Origin: an uncultured bacterium
GTDB lineage: Bacteria > Bacillota > Clostridia > Oscillospirales > Acutalibacteraceae
Direction: 5' to 3'
Assembly (NCBI GenBank): GCA_949283655.1
Contig: CASDTH010000045.1
Location: forward strand, 12,228 to 76,227
Length of the DNA stretch: 64,000 bases
A model generated the notes under the pieces. It ran no database searches and was not told the origin of the DNA. It saw only the letters and a list, made by a program, of their open reading frames with translations. Position numbers and translations under genes: made by a program. Within the stretch, counting starts at the first letter, position 1; every line of letters starts with the position of its first letter. Below are positions 53,845 to 64,000 of this stretch, one piece after another.

Positions 53845-53907
53845 CTAAAGGAATGAGAGTTAACCTTTCATTTTTGTATAAAAATTAAAAAAAGGACTGA
53901 TTGGACA

Positions 53908-54558
53908 ATGGACAAAGAAACTGTTTTAACCCGTATTCAGGAGGCTGGCATCGTCGCCGTCGTGCGGGCGGAGACGAGCGAGCAGGCCATCCGTATCGCG
54001 GATGCATGCATGGAGGGCGGCGTAGCGGCCATCGAGTTGACATTTACCGTCCCGCAGGCTGACCGCGTGATCGCCGACCTCGCCAAGCGTTACGCAGATG
54101 GCGGCATCATCCTTGGTGCGGGCACGGTGATGGATGCGGCCACTGCGCGCATCGCGATTCTCAACGGCGCGCAATATGTCGTCTCCCCCTATTTTGATCC
54201 GGAAACCGTCAAGCTCTGCAACCACTACCGCATTCCAATCATGCCCGGTGTAATGACGGTGCGCGAAGCGGTGATGGCGATGGAGGCCGGCGCAGATATC
54301 CTCAAGGTTTTCCCCGGCGATGTGTTTGGCCCGAAAATCATCAAGGCGATCCGCGGCCCGATCCCCTACGCAAAAATGATGCCCACCGGCGGCGTGGATG
54401 TGAACAATGTGGCAGATTGGATCAAGGCGGGTGCGGTCGCCGTCGGCGCGGGTAGCTCGCTGACTGCGGGCGCCAAGACAGGCGATTACCAGAAGATCAC
54501 GGAAACCGGCCGCCTCTTTGTGGAAAACATTCGCCAGGCGCGTGCGGAGATGAAATAA
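53908..54558 (+). CDS. eda: KDPG/KHG aldolase
   Basis: 216 aa with typical Eda pattern (GIVAVVRA.., ELTFTVP, LKVFPG, PTGGV). Confidence 0.9.
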   Translation: MDKETVLTRIQEAGIVAVVRAETSEQAIRIADACMEGGVAAIELTFTVPQADRVIADLAKRYADGGIILGAGTVMDAATARIAILNGAQYVVSPYFDPETVKLCNHYRIPIMPGVMTVREAVMAMEAGADILKVFPGDVFGPKIIKAIRGPIPYAKMMPTGGVDVNNVADWIKAGAVAVGAGSSLTAGAKTGDYQKITETGRLFVENIRQARAEMK

Positions 54559-54593
54559 TCAATTGCGTTTGATCGCTATTGATATACCGATGT

Positions 54594-54640
54594 AAAAAAC
54601 CGGGGGCATTCCATTTAAAATGGAAACGCCTCCGGTTTTT
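54594..54640. terminator. Bidirectional terminator between eda and the convergent gene
   Basis: AAAAAACCGGGGGC..GCCTCCGGTTTTT with an inner TTCCATTT/AAATGGAA hairpin. Confidence 0.7.
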
Positions 54641-54670
54641 CATAAAATCAGCGCATAGCACAGCGCCTTT

Positions 54671-55636
54671 TTAATGGAATAAACGCGTCTTTTTTAAAAG
54701 GCGGTGATAGCTCGGGGACCCCGGCCCGGCGGCTGTAACAGCGGCCAACTGCCCGCTTTCGATCATCGCCTCAATGCGCATGGCAAGCCAGCCGTCGCCA
54801 ATTCCAAGGTGATATTTGCCTAAAATTTTCCCAATCAATTTTGCCTCATGGAAGGGATCGCTCTGCGCAGCGATCTCGCGAAGGAGAAAGGGATCATAAA
54901 ACGACGCTGGTACGCTTTGCAGACAGCCGCTTATGACGGCGCGCAGAGGAGCGTTTTCCCTTTGCAGCTCCCTCCACTGCGAGGCGGCGGCAGAAATAAA
55001 GGCGGGCTCCGCCCTCTTTTGCAGGCTGATATAAGGCTGCCACTCGCCCGGCGCGATCTCGCCCCATCCAGCGCTATGTGTCACCACTGTATTCTCACGC
55101 AGCTCCCGGACTGGAAGCTCTACCAAATCAATCGCCGGAGCGCCTCCCCATTGCGACACTTGCGCCATCAACCAGAATAGGCCGCACATCTCATCGGCCT
55201 GTTCGCTATACCAGATGCGGAGGGATTCCCTCTCCGACAAGCGCTGCCGGAGAAGCGCCAGGCTCTCGCTCGCCCGCTGCACAATCGCTTTAGCCGCTGC
55301 TGCGCCCTCACCACTGGGATAACTGCCAAACAATTGCTCCAGCGTTTTGATGCGCTCTGCGCCCATGGCATTGCCCGAAATATCCCCAACGCTGTGCGCA
55401 AGCGGAAAATAAAAGATATCTGCGACTTTGCCCCCCATCGGAACGGCCTGCTCCCATTTCAGGCGCTCTTCTTCCTCCAACCTCCTCTGAATTGCCTTTC
55501 TTTCTGCTTTTGAAGATTCTCGATCTACCTCTGACAAAATTATGCCTATGGAGGCAGGCTTGTATTTGCCGTTGCCATAGCTTTGCGCCTGCTTTAAGCT
55601 GCCTGCGGCGCTCTCGCTGAACACAACCTCTAACAT
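54671..55636 (-). CDS. DUF1835/DUF3658-like protein
   Basis: ATG 55636 (MLEVVFSESAAGSLKQA) follows AAGGAG. The N-terminal motif resembles DUF1835 as I remember the family. Function unknown. Confidence 0.55.
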   Translation of the reverse strand: MLEVVFSESAAGSLKQAQSYGNGKYKPASIGIILSEVDRESSKAERKAIQRRLEEEERLKWEQAVPMGGKVADIFYFPLAHSVGDISGNAMGAERIKTLEQLFGSYPSGEGAAAAKAIVQRASESLALLRQRLSERESLRIWYSEQADEMCGLFWLMAQVSQWGGAPAIDLVELPVRELRENTVVTHSAGWGEIAPGEWQPYISLQKRAEPAFISAAASQWRELQRENAPLRAVISGCLQSVPASFYDPFLLREIAAQSDPFHEAKLIGKILGKYHLGIGDGWLAMRIEAMIESGQLAAVTAAGPGSPSYHRLLKKTRLFH

Positions 55637-55701
55637 CGCCCACACTCCTTTTCTAAAGAAAAAATACCGACGGCTTTTCCAGCCGACGATATTTTTTCTC
55701 G

Positions 55702-57261
55702 TCAAAATAAATTTCCTTCGCCGCTTGTTGAATCCTCCTGCCCCTGCGCGGCAGTGCTTTCTTCCCCTTCGCCTGCGGGAATGGAGGATTCCTCCTCAGA
55801 AGGAGCCTCTGTGCCGGGCTCCGTTGTAGAAGGATCGGAAACGGAGGGATGCATCCACCACGGCCATGTAGGCTCTTCCGCAATGGAGACCGGCTCTGTC
55901 TCCTGCTGATTTGAGGAGACCGGCTCGCTCACAGATGGCGCCGTTGTGCCGCCTCCGGAGGCGCTGCCCGATCCGCCTGAATAGCTGAGATCCAAATCAA
56001 AGGGAGAAACATGATCTTCGTCCGGGATATTGCTGTTGCCATACAGCGCCATTTGCAGCTCCCTCGCGGCTGCCTGATAATCAACGATGATAAATGAAGT
56101 CCCGTTAATATACTGACCTCTTCGATATTGTTCGCTCGGAGCTGTCATCGTGTTGATCGGATAATTCATCCAACCTTGCAAAATTGCCTGCGTACCGAGG
56201 GAGAGAATCTCGGTTTTAGGGATATTTGTGTTAACATATGGCAGCATTTTATTCACCATGCTGTTCAATTGGCCAAGAGAAGCATTTTTCGTCTGCGCAA
56301 TCAGAGCAGAAATCACCTGACGCTGACGGCGTGTACGGCTGATGTCGCTATCCGCATCGCTTTTGCGAATCCGGCTGAAAACGAGCGCCTCATCTCCGTT
56401 GAGCAGCACATTTTCTCCAACTGGGAAGTTTTTGTGGCTGCTCGTGCGGCGGATATAATCCGACTCATATTGCTGCACATCCACTCGTATACCGCCCAAT
56501 GCATCAATCGCCTTGGAAAAGTTTTCAAAATTGATAGAGACGTAATAGTCAATTTCAATTTTAAAATTATTCTCCAGTGTTTCAATCAGCAGATCTGCGC
56601 CGCCCCATTGATAGGCCGCATTGATTTTGGTGTAGCGATCTTGCCCATTATAGTCGATATAAGAATAACTATCCCGGAAGAAGGAAGCCAGCGTGATCTG
56701 ATCTGTTTTCCGGTTGATGGAGGCAAGGATCATAGAATCCGAGCGACCGTCATCCTGCCCGATCAAAAGGACATTGATTACATTCCGGCTCGCATATTTT
56801 TCTCCACCGTTGGTCGCCCAGGTTTTGAGCAGATCTTTCAGGGAGTCCGCATCCTTGATCCCATCCATTTCCGCAAACTCCTGCTCATCATAAATCGGAT
56901 CCTCCACGCCGCCCTGCGGCCCATCAGGATTTTCTGTGCCGATGAGGTTGAGCATATTGTTGACATAGAGGAAGACAATTACCACGGCTGCAACGATCAA
57001 CGCGGCCAAAACTCCCAGGAAAATCTTTAAGTTTCGTTTTTTATTTTTCGTCCAAAACGGAACGAAGCGATCCCTCCAAAAAGAGGCCTTCGAATTGCCG
57101 TCTTCCTGTGGCTGCATCCAATCCGGCTTATTTTGCTGAGGCGTCTTTTCCCGCGCCGGCTCTTTTGCGTCAAACTGTTTGCCGTCCTTCACGCGCGTGC
57201 CACACTCCTTTATTGAAACTGGTCCCCTGTAAAAAAGGTGCTTTTTATTATATCGAATCAA
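55702..57261 (-). CDS. LytR-CpsA-Psr (LCP) family protein with a cytoplasmic tail, one TM and a low-complexity C-terminus
   Basis: LCP core NVLLIGQDDGRSDSMILASINRKTDQITLASFFRDSY. Start uncertain: track TTG 57261, or GTG 57192 12 nt after AAGGAG. Confidence 0.85.
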   Translation of the reverse strand: MIRYNKKHLFYRGPVSIKECGTRVKDGKQFDAKEPAREKTPQQNKPDWMQPQEDGNSKASFWRDRFVPFWTKNKKRNLKIFLGVLAALIVAAVVIVFLYVNNMLNLIGTENPDGPQGGVEDPIYDEQEFAEMDGIKDADSLKDLLKTWATNGGEKYASRNVINVLLIGQDDGRSDSMILASINRKTDQITLASFFRDSYSYIDYNGQDRYTKINAAYQWGGADLLIETLENNFKIEIDYYVSINFENFSKAIDALGGIRVDVQQYESDYIRRTSSHKNFPVGENVLLNGDEALVFSRIRKSDADSDISRTRRQRQVISALIAQTKNASLGQLNSMVNKMLPYVNTNIPKTEILSLGTQAILQGWMNYPINTMTAPSEQYRRGQYINGTSFIIVDYQAAARELQMALYGNSNIPDEDHVSPFDLDLSYSGGSGSASGGGTTAPSVSEPVSSNQQETEPVSIAEEPTWPWWMHPSVSDPSTTEPGTEAPSEEESSIPAGEGEESTAAQGQEDSTSGEGNLF

Positions 57262-57397
57262 GTGGAAGGATGCAAGAGAAAATCAAAAAACGCATAAATT
57301 CCCTTCTCCCCATATCCTCTTCCACTCTATCACAAAGATATATTACGAAATCGCGAGCTGAGATAGCAGGACGCTTCGAAGAAGGAGCAGCTGCAGC

Positions 57398-57427
57398 ATG
57401 AAAACCCTCTGGCCTTCTGCCCGGCCA
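57398..57427 (-). terminator. Possible terminator of gyrA
   Basis: CTGGCC (57408-57413) pairs with GGCCAG (57422-57427), with a short U-run on the minus strand. Confidence 0.4.
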
Positions 57428-57453
57428 GGTGCTTTATTGTTTCCCGCTCAAAT

Positions 57454-59973
57454 TTATGCTTCTTCCTCTGATTGCGGCACAGGCTCTGCCGGCACATCCG
57501 CCTGTGGCTCCTGCTCTGCCTGCTCAGCGAGAAGCGAATCTGATTTTTCACCGTCGTCATGCTCTGCACTGGTCAGTGTGGCGACACGCTCCCCTTCATT
57601 GACGCGCATGACACGCACACCCTTGGAGGGGCGGGCGCACAGGCGAATCTCATCAGAAGGGATACGGATAATAATCCCGTCGGAAGAGATCAGGATGACA
57701 TCCTCATTCTCCTGAATCATCCGCACGGCGGCGACGTTGCCATACTTTTCTGTATGATAATTGATGGTGCCCTTCCCAGCGCGGGATTGCAGCCGGTAAT
57801 CGGATGCCTCGCTGCGGCGGCCATAACCGGTTTCACTCACGGTCAAAACCGTCCCCTCGCCTTTCAGGACGGCCATGCCAACCACTTCGTCGCCCGAAGA
57901 CAGCTCAATCGCCTTTACGCCGCGTGCCGTCCTGCCCAGCGGGCGGGCATCCTCCTCACGGAATCGGATGGACATTCCCTTCCTCGTTGCAACCAGCAGA
58001 TCATCCTTGCCGCTTGTCAGGTGCACCCAGGCGAGCTCGTCATCCTCATCGAGATTCATTGCGATCACGCCATTTTTCCGGACATTGCGGTAAGCCTCAA
58101 GCTCTGTGCGCTTAATGATGCCTTTGCGTGTGACCATGCAAAGATATTCCCCTTGGGCAATTTCAGGTACACGGATCATGGCGTTGATTTTCACATCCGT
58201 TGTAATCGGCAGGAGGTTTACAATATTCATCCCCTTGCTGGTACGGCTGCCCTCCGGGATTTCATAGCCTTTCAGGCGGAATACGCGGCCATCCGAGGTG
58301 AAAAACATGACATAATCATGCGTAGAGCAGGTGAACATGGTGTCCGCCACATCCTCCTCCCGGCGGGCCATACCAATCACGCCGCGGCCGCCGCGCCTCT
58401 GGATGCGGTAGGTATCCACCGGCTGACGCTTGATGTAACCAAGCGTCGTCATGGTGAAAACGCAGGTTTCCTCCGGGATGAGGTCTTCTATATCCACTTC
58501 CCCGCTGACATTGGCGATCTCTGTGCGGCGGTCATCGCCATACTTATCCCGCAGGACCAGCGCCTCCTCCTTAACAATCTCCAAAACACGGGTTTCAGAG
58601 GCAAGGATTGCTGTATATTCGGCAATTTTTTCTTTCAGCTGCGCCATTTCCTCTTCAATTTTATGGCGCTCCAGGCCGGTCAGCTGGCCAAGCCGCATCT
58701 GCACAATTGCCTGCGCCTGCGCTTCATCCAAGCCAAAGCGCTCCATCAACCGCTCGCGGCCCTCCGGCTGATCCTTGGAGGAACGCAGAATCTCAATGAC
58801 CTCATCGATAAAATCCAGCGCAATGAGCAGTCCCTCTAAAATATGCGCGCGCTCCTGCGCCTTGCGCAGATCATAGCGTGTACGGCGGACAATGACCTCA
58901 CACTGAAAATTGATGTAATGTTGCAGCACCTCTTTTAGCGTGAGGATACGCGGCTCCCCATTGACAAGGGCCAGCATGATCACGCCGAAGGTGGTCTGCA
59001 TCTGCGTATAGCTATACAGCTGATTGAGCACCACTTGAGGGTTCGCATCCCGCTTGAGGTCGATGACCATATGCATACCCTCGCGGGAGGTATAATCGTT
59101 GATATCAGAAATGCCCTCAATCCGCTTCTCCTTGACAAGATCTGCAATACTCTCAATCAAGCGCGCTTTATTGACCTGATACGGCAGCTCGGAAACGACA
59201 ATCGAATAGCGGCCGTTTTTTGACTCCTGAATTTCTGCACGGGCGCGGACGACGATTTTGCCGCGGCCCGTCCCATACGCGGCGCGGATGCCGGAGCGGC
59301 CCATAATGATGCCGGCCGTGGGGAAATCCGGGCCCTTGATATGCTCCATCAGCTCGTCGAGGCCTGCCTCCGGATGATCGATCAGGCAGCACATGCCGTC
59401 GATCACCTCCCGCATGTTATGCGGCGGGATATTGGTGGCCATACCGACTGCGATGCCCGTAGAGCCGTTGACCAAAAGGTTCGGAAAACGGGAGGGGAGC
59501 ACCGTCGGCTCCTTTTTATTATCATCATAATTCGGCATGAAATCGACGGTTTCTTTTTCGATATCCGTCAGCATGGACATAGCAATTTTGCTCATGCGGG
59601 ATTCTGTATACCGGTAAGCCGCCGGTGGGTCGCCATCCACAGAGCCGAAATTCCCGTGGCCATCAATGAGCATATAGCGCATAGAAAAGGACTGCGCCAA
59701 ACGAACCATTGCATCATAGACGGACATATCCCCATGCGGGTGATAATCGCCCAGAACGGCGCCGACCGTCGCCGCGCATTTATGATAGGGCTTGTCAGGC
59801 GTTAGATTCCGCTCATACATCGTGTAGAGAATCCTGCGGTGCACCGGCTTCAGACCATCTCGGACATCGGGCAGTGCGCGCGAAACGATGACGGACATCG
59901 AATAATCCAAAAAGGATTTGCGCATCTCCTTATTCAGGTCAACGTTTACAATTTTTTGATCTTCATAATTCAT
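57454..59973 (-). CDS. gyrA: DNA gyrase subunit A
   Basis: [19 protein letters not shown], the active-site AAYRYTESR, and C-terminal beta-pinwheel repeats with an acidic tail. ATG 59973 lies 9 nt after AAGGATGG. Confidence 0.97.
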   Translation of the reverse strand: MNYEDQKIVNVDLNKEMRKSFLDYSMSVIVSRALPDVRDGLKPVHRRILYTMYERNLTPDKPYHKCAATVGAVLGDYHPHGDMSVYDAMVRLAQSFSMRYMLIDGHGNFGSVDGDPPAAYRYTESRMSKIAMSMLTDIEKETVDFMPNYDDNKKEPTVLPSRFPNLLVNGSTGIAVGMATNIPPHNMREVIDGMCCLIDHPEAGLDELMEHIKGPDFPTAGIIMGRSGIRAAYGTGRGKIVVRARAEIQESKNGRYSIVVSELPYQVNKARLIESIADLVKEKRIEGISDINDYTSREGMHMVIDLKRDANPQVVLNQLYSYTQMQTTFGVIMLALVNGEPRILTLKEVLQHYINFQCEVIVRRTRYDLRKAQERAHILEGLLIALDFIDEVIEILRSSKDQPEGRERLMERFGLDEAQAQAIVQMRLGQLTGLERHKIEEEMAQLKEKIAEYTAILASETRVLEIVKEEALVLRDKYGDDRRTEIANVSGEVDIEDLIPEETCVFTMTTLGYIKRQPVDTYRIQRRGGRGVIGMARREEDVADTMFTCSTHDYVMFFTSDGRVFRLKGYEIPEGSRTSKGMNIVNLLPITTDVKINAMIRVPEIAQGEYLCMVTRKGIIKRTELEAYRNVRKNGVIAMNLDEDDELAWVHLTSGKDDLLVATRKGMSIRFREEDARPLGRTARGVKAIELSSGDEVVGMAVLKGEGTVLTVSETGYGRRSEASDYRLQSRAGKGTINYHTEKYGNVAAVRMIQENEDVILISSDGIIIRIPSDEIRLCARPSKGVRVMRVNEGERVATLTSAEHDDGEKSDSLLAEQAEQEPQADVPAEPVPQSEEEA

Positions 59974-60113
59974 GTGAGTCCATCCTTTATCATAGAGCCG
60001 CTGCCGCCGCATTTTGTTGCAGCAGAGAAAAAGCAGACTCTAATTTCTGAAAAACCCGGCATTGCTGATGCCTCTGCCGCGCTGAACCGGCAGACCATCA
60101 TCCAAATAGACCT

Positions 60114-62174
<2,061 letters not shown>

Positions 62175-62474
62175 TTATATGTTGGCTAATTTATCAATGA
62201 ATTCCGTCCGCTTCAGCAAGGTTGCGGAAGAAATTTGCGAAATATAGATCACCCTTCCGCTTGGCCGCTCCGGGCTCGCGCAAACAATAAACGACTTTGG
62301 AAGTTCCATGGAAACATTGATTACGTCGCCCGCTTTTTCAGCATCCGCCAGATAGTTTCGTGTGGCCTTTGATACAGTCGTTGTGTCCAGGTCAAAAATT
62401 CCGATGATTTCCTCCAATGTTACAACGGTATCCTGCCCCAAATGCAGATACAAGCAAATAGCCCCTTTTATCAA
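62175..62474 (-). CDS. remB: DUF370 / RemB-like small protein
   Basis: 99-aa ORF between recF and gyrB (the yaaB/remB position in Firmicutes). The LHLGQDTVVTLEEIIGIFDLD pattern fits. The start may be an internal TTG. Confidence 0.7.
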   Translation of the reverse strand: MIKGAICLYLHLGQDTVVTLEEIIGIFDLDTTTVSKATRNYLADAEKAGDVINVSMELPKSFIVCASPERPSGRVIYISQISSATLLKRTEFIDKLANI

Positions 62475-62477
62475 AAT

Positions 62478-63572
62478 TTAAGCCGTCTCCTCCAGATGCC
62501 CCCGGCATAAAGAAAAGGTCTTACCGCCGCATAGGCGAAGCAAGGAGGAGGGTTCGCAGCAGGTAATAAACACCTGCCAGCCATCAATGTGGTTGAGAAT
62601 ATAATCCTGGCGGCCCGTATCCAGCTCGCTCATCACATCATCCAGCAGAGCCACCGGCTGCTCGCCTGTGATTTCACGAATCAAGGCCGCCTCGCTGAGC
62701 TTCATGGAGAGGGCACAGGAACGCTGCTGCCCTTGGGAGCCATAGATTCTAGCTGGCAAATCATCTACCAAAATCAGCAGATCATCCCGATGCGGGCCAA
62801 TAGAGGTGCTGCCGCTTTTCAAATCCTCCGGCCTATGCTTTTTCAGCTCCTCAGCGAGCTCCTGCGCCAGTTGGGAGACCGTTCGCCCTTCCTGCGTGGA
62901 ATCATAGTCAAGCGCCAGAGACTCTCGCCCACGGGACAAGCCGTGATAAAAATCAGATGCTCTTTCCCTCATACGCGCTACATAGCAGCGCCTCTGGTAG
63001 ATGATTTGTGCACCTAATGCAGCCAGCTTATCATCCCAGATATCCAGTGTATCTAATAGCTCTGTATGATACGGAATATCCTTAAGAAGAATATTTCTCT
63101 GAGCCAACGCCCGGTTATATTGGCCCAATATAGCCGCATAACGTGGCTTTAACTGGCTCAGCGCCAGATCCAGAAACCGCCTGCGCTGCGCCGGCCCCTC
63201 CTTGACGAGTGAAAGATGCACCGGCGAAAACACCACTGCGCGGAATTCCCCCATCAGCTTGGAGGGAGAAGGGAGCGCAACGCCGTTTAAAACAGCCCTG
63301 CGTTTTTCTTCTAAAAGGATGGAAGCAGTCTGCTCCCGCCCTTGCGCATAGAAATTCAAATCCAACCGCGCCGCCGCCTCCCGCAGAGAGATTAGCTCCG
63401 CATCCTTGGCGCCCCGAAAACTTCTGCATCCCGTAAACATCCAGATGCTCTCCAGCAGATTGGTTTTCCCCTGAGCGTTTTCCCCATAAATAATATTCAC
63501 GCCATCCTGTGGGAAAATTTCTATCGCATCAAGGTTTCTATAATGCACTGCGGAAAGCCTGGTTACGTTCAT
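62478..63572 (-). CDS. recF: DNA replication and repair protein RecF
   Basis: 364 aa with the Walker A GENAQGKTNLLE and a signature LSMKLSEAALI..LLDDVMSELD. ATGA overlap with yaaA. Confidence 0.95.
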   Translation of the reverse strand: MNVTRLSAVHYRNLDAIEIFPQDGVNIIYGENAQGKTNLLESIWMFTGCRSFRGAKDAELISLREAAARLDLNFYAQGREQTASILLEEKRRAVLNGVALPSPSKLMGEFRAVVFSPVHLSLVKEGPAQRRRFLDLALSQLKPRYAAILGQYNRALAQRNILLKDIPYHTELLDTLDIWDDKLAALGAQIIYQRRCYVARMRERASDFYHGLSRGRESLALDYDSTQEGRTVSQLAQELAEELKKHRPEDLKSGSTSIGPHRDDLLILVDDLPARIYGSQGQQRSCALSMKLSEAALIREITGEQPVALLDDVMSELDTGRQDYILNHIDGWQVFITCCEPSSLLRLCGGKTFSLCRGHLEETA

Positions 63573-63826
63573 ACAACAGTTACCTCATATTGTTTGCCCT
63601 GATAGGCGGCTACGTCCCCATGGCGCAGCTTTTTCCCCCGCATCAGGCATACTTCACCATTGACGGACACTTCGCCGTTTTGAATCACCAGCTTGGCATG
63701 GCCTCCGGTCTGCACAGCGTTCGCCAGCTTTAACAATGCGTCAAGGCGGATGAAATCAGTAGAGATATTTATTTTTTCAGACGGGGCCGGCTCCCCCTTT
63801 TTCACAACCCTGACCTTTACTTTCAT
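63569..63826 (-). CDS. yaaA: S4-domain RNA-binding protein YaaA
   Basis: 85 aa. FIRLDALLKLANAVQTGGHAKLVIQNGEVSVNGEV is the S4 pattern, and the gene sits in the conserved dnaN-yaaA-recF position. Confidence 0.8.
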   Translation of the reverse strand: MKVKVRVVKKGEPAPSEKINISTDFIRLDALLKLANAVQTGGHAKLVIQNGEVSVNGEVCLMRGKKLRHGDVAAYQGKQYEVTVV

Positions 63827-63848
63827 AGAATCAAACGCTCCGTTCTGA

Positions 63849-64000
63849 TTTAGCCCTCATTTTTCAAACGGACAGGCAAAACAAGGAATAAAAAGCTTTC
63901 TCCCTCCGGCGGCAAAATGAGAATGGGGGAAACTGAGCCATTCAGCTCGATGCGAACCTCGTCGGTATCCACTACCTTGAGCGCCTCCAACATAAAGCGA
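63849..64000 (-). CDS. dnaN: DNA polymerase III beta subunit, 3' end (partial)
   Basis: The minus-strand frame ends ..EGESFLFLVLPVRLKNEG with stop TAA at 63849-63851, a typical DnaN C-terminus. The rest lies beyond the window edge. Confidence 0.8.

Noticed and set aside
57559-58839. 426-aa plus-strand ORF
   Set aside because: It is antisense to gyrA, whose identity is unambiguous.

Overview
The window reads as an origin-proximal chromosome segment of a fairly high-GC Clostridia-type Firmicute. All calls were made by eye from the sequence and the ORF track, with no searches run.

Layout:
- The right end carries the classical dnaN(partial)-yaaA-recF-remB-gyrB-gyrA block on the minus strand.
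- The centre carries mnmE-mnmG-rsmG-noc-like-soj-spo0J on the plus strand, with three perfect parS sites.
- The left 6 kb is a carbohydrate cluster: a GH20-like enzyme, a GPH symporter, an esterase, an MBL hydrolase and an SGNH hydrolase.
- Next come a low-GC type-A chloramphenicol acetyltransferase cassette, a GNAT, zupT, ldh, an XRE regulator, an O-antigen-ligase-like protein and clpC.
- Further right are a PlsY-HTH fusion, ogt and alkA, a two-component system (TCS) with an ABC exporter, and an OYE-type flavin reductase.
- A low-GC Bce-like module follows (ABC ATPase, FtsX permease, response regulator, intramembrane-sensing kinase).
- Then come an MFS transporter, a SigI/RsgI pair, a sugar isomerase with two Gfo/Idh/MocA genes, a uxuA-SDR-kdgK...eda hexuronate set, a DUF1835-like protein and an LCP protein.

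Most unusual signal: about 2.6 kb of non-coding DNA in four long spacers is built from a shared set of repeat modules. The spacers are 13183-13921, 48006-49061, 52131-52365 and 53284-53907, and a small relative lies at 25119-25236. The modules include a ~210-nt core present three times in one orientation. Hairpin pairing is preserved between copies by compensatory changes. One locus forms a ~700-nt imperfect palindrome. I could not match this family to anything I know. It looks like either a REP/BIME-like mosaic element family or a structured RNA.

Other points of interest:
- an unannotated 53-aa Cys/Gly-rich membrane micropeptide
- the PlsY-HTH fusion
- an 11-bp direct repeat bracketing the cat cassette
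- a duplicated 5' leader in the carbohydrate cluster
- an atypical placement and orientation of the mnmE-spo0J block relative to dnaN-gyrA
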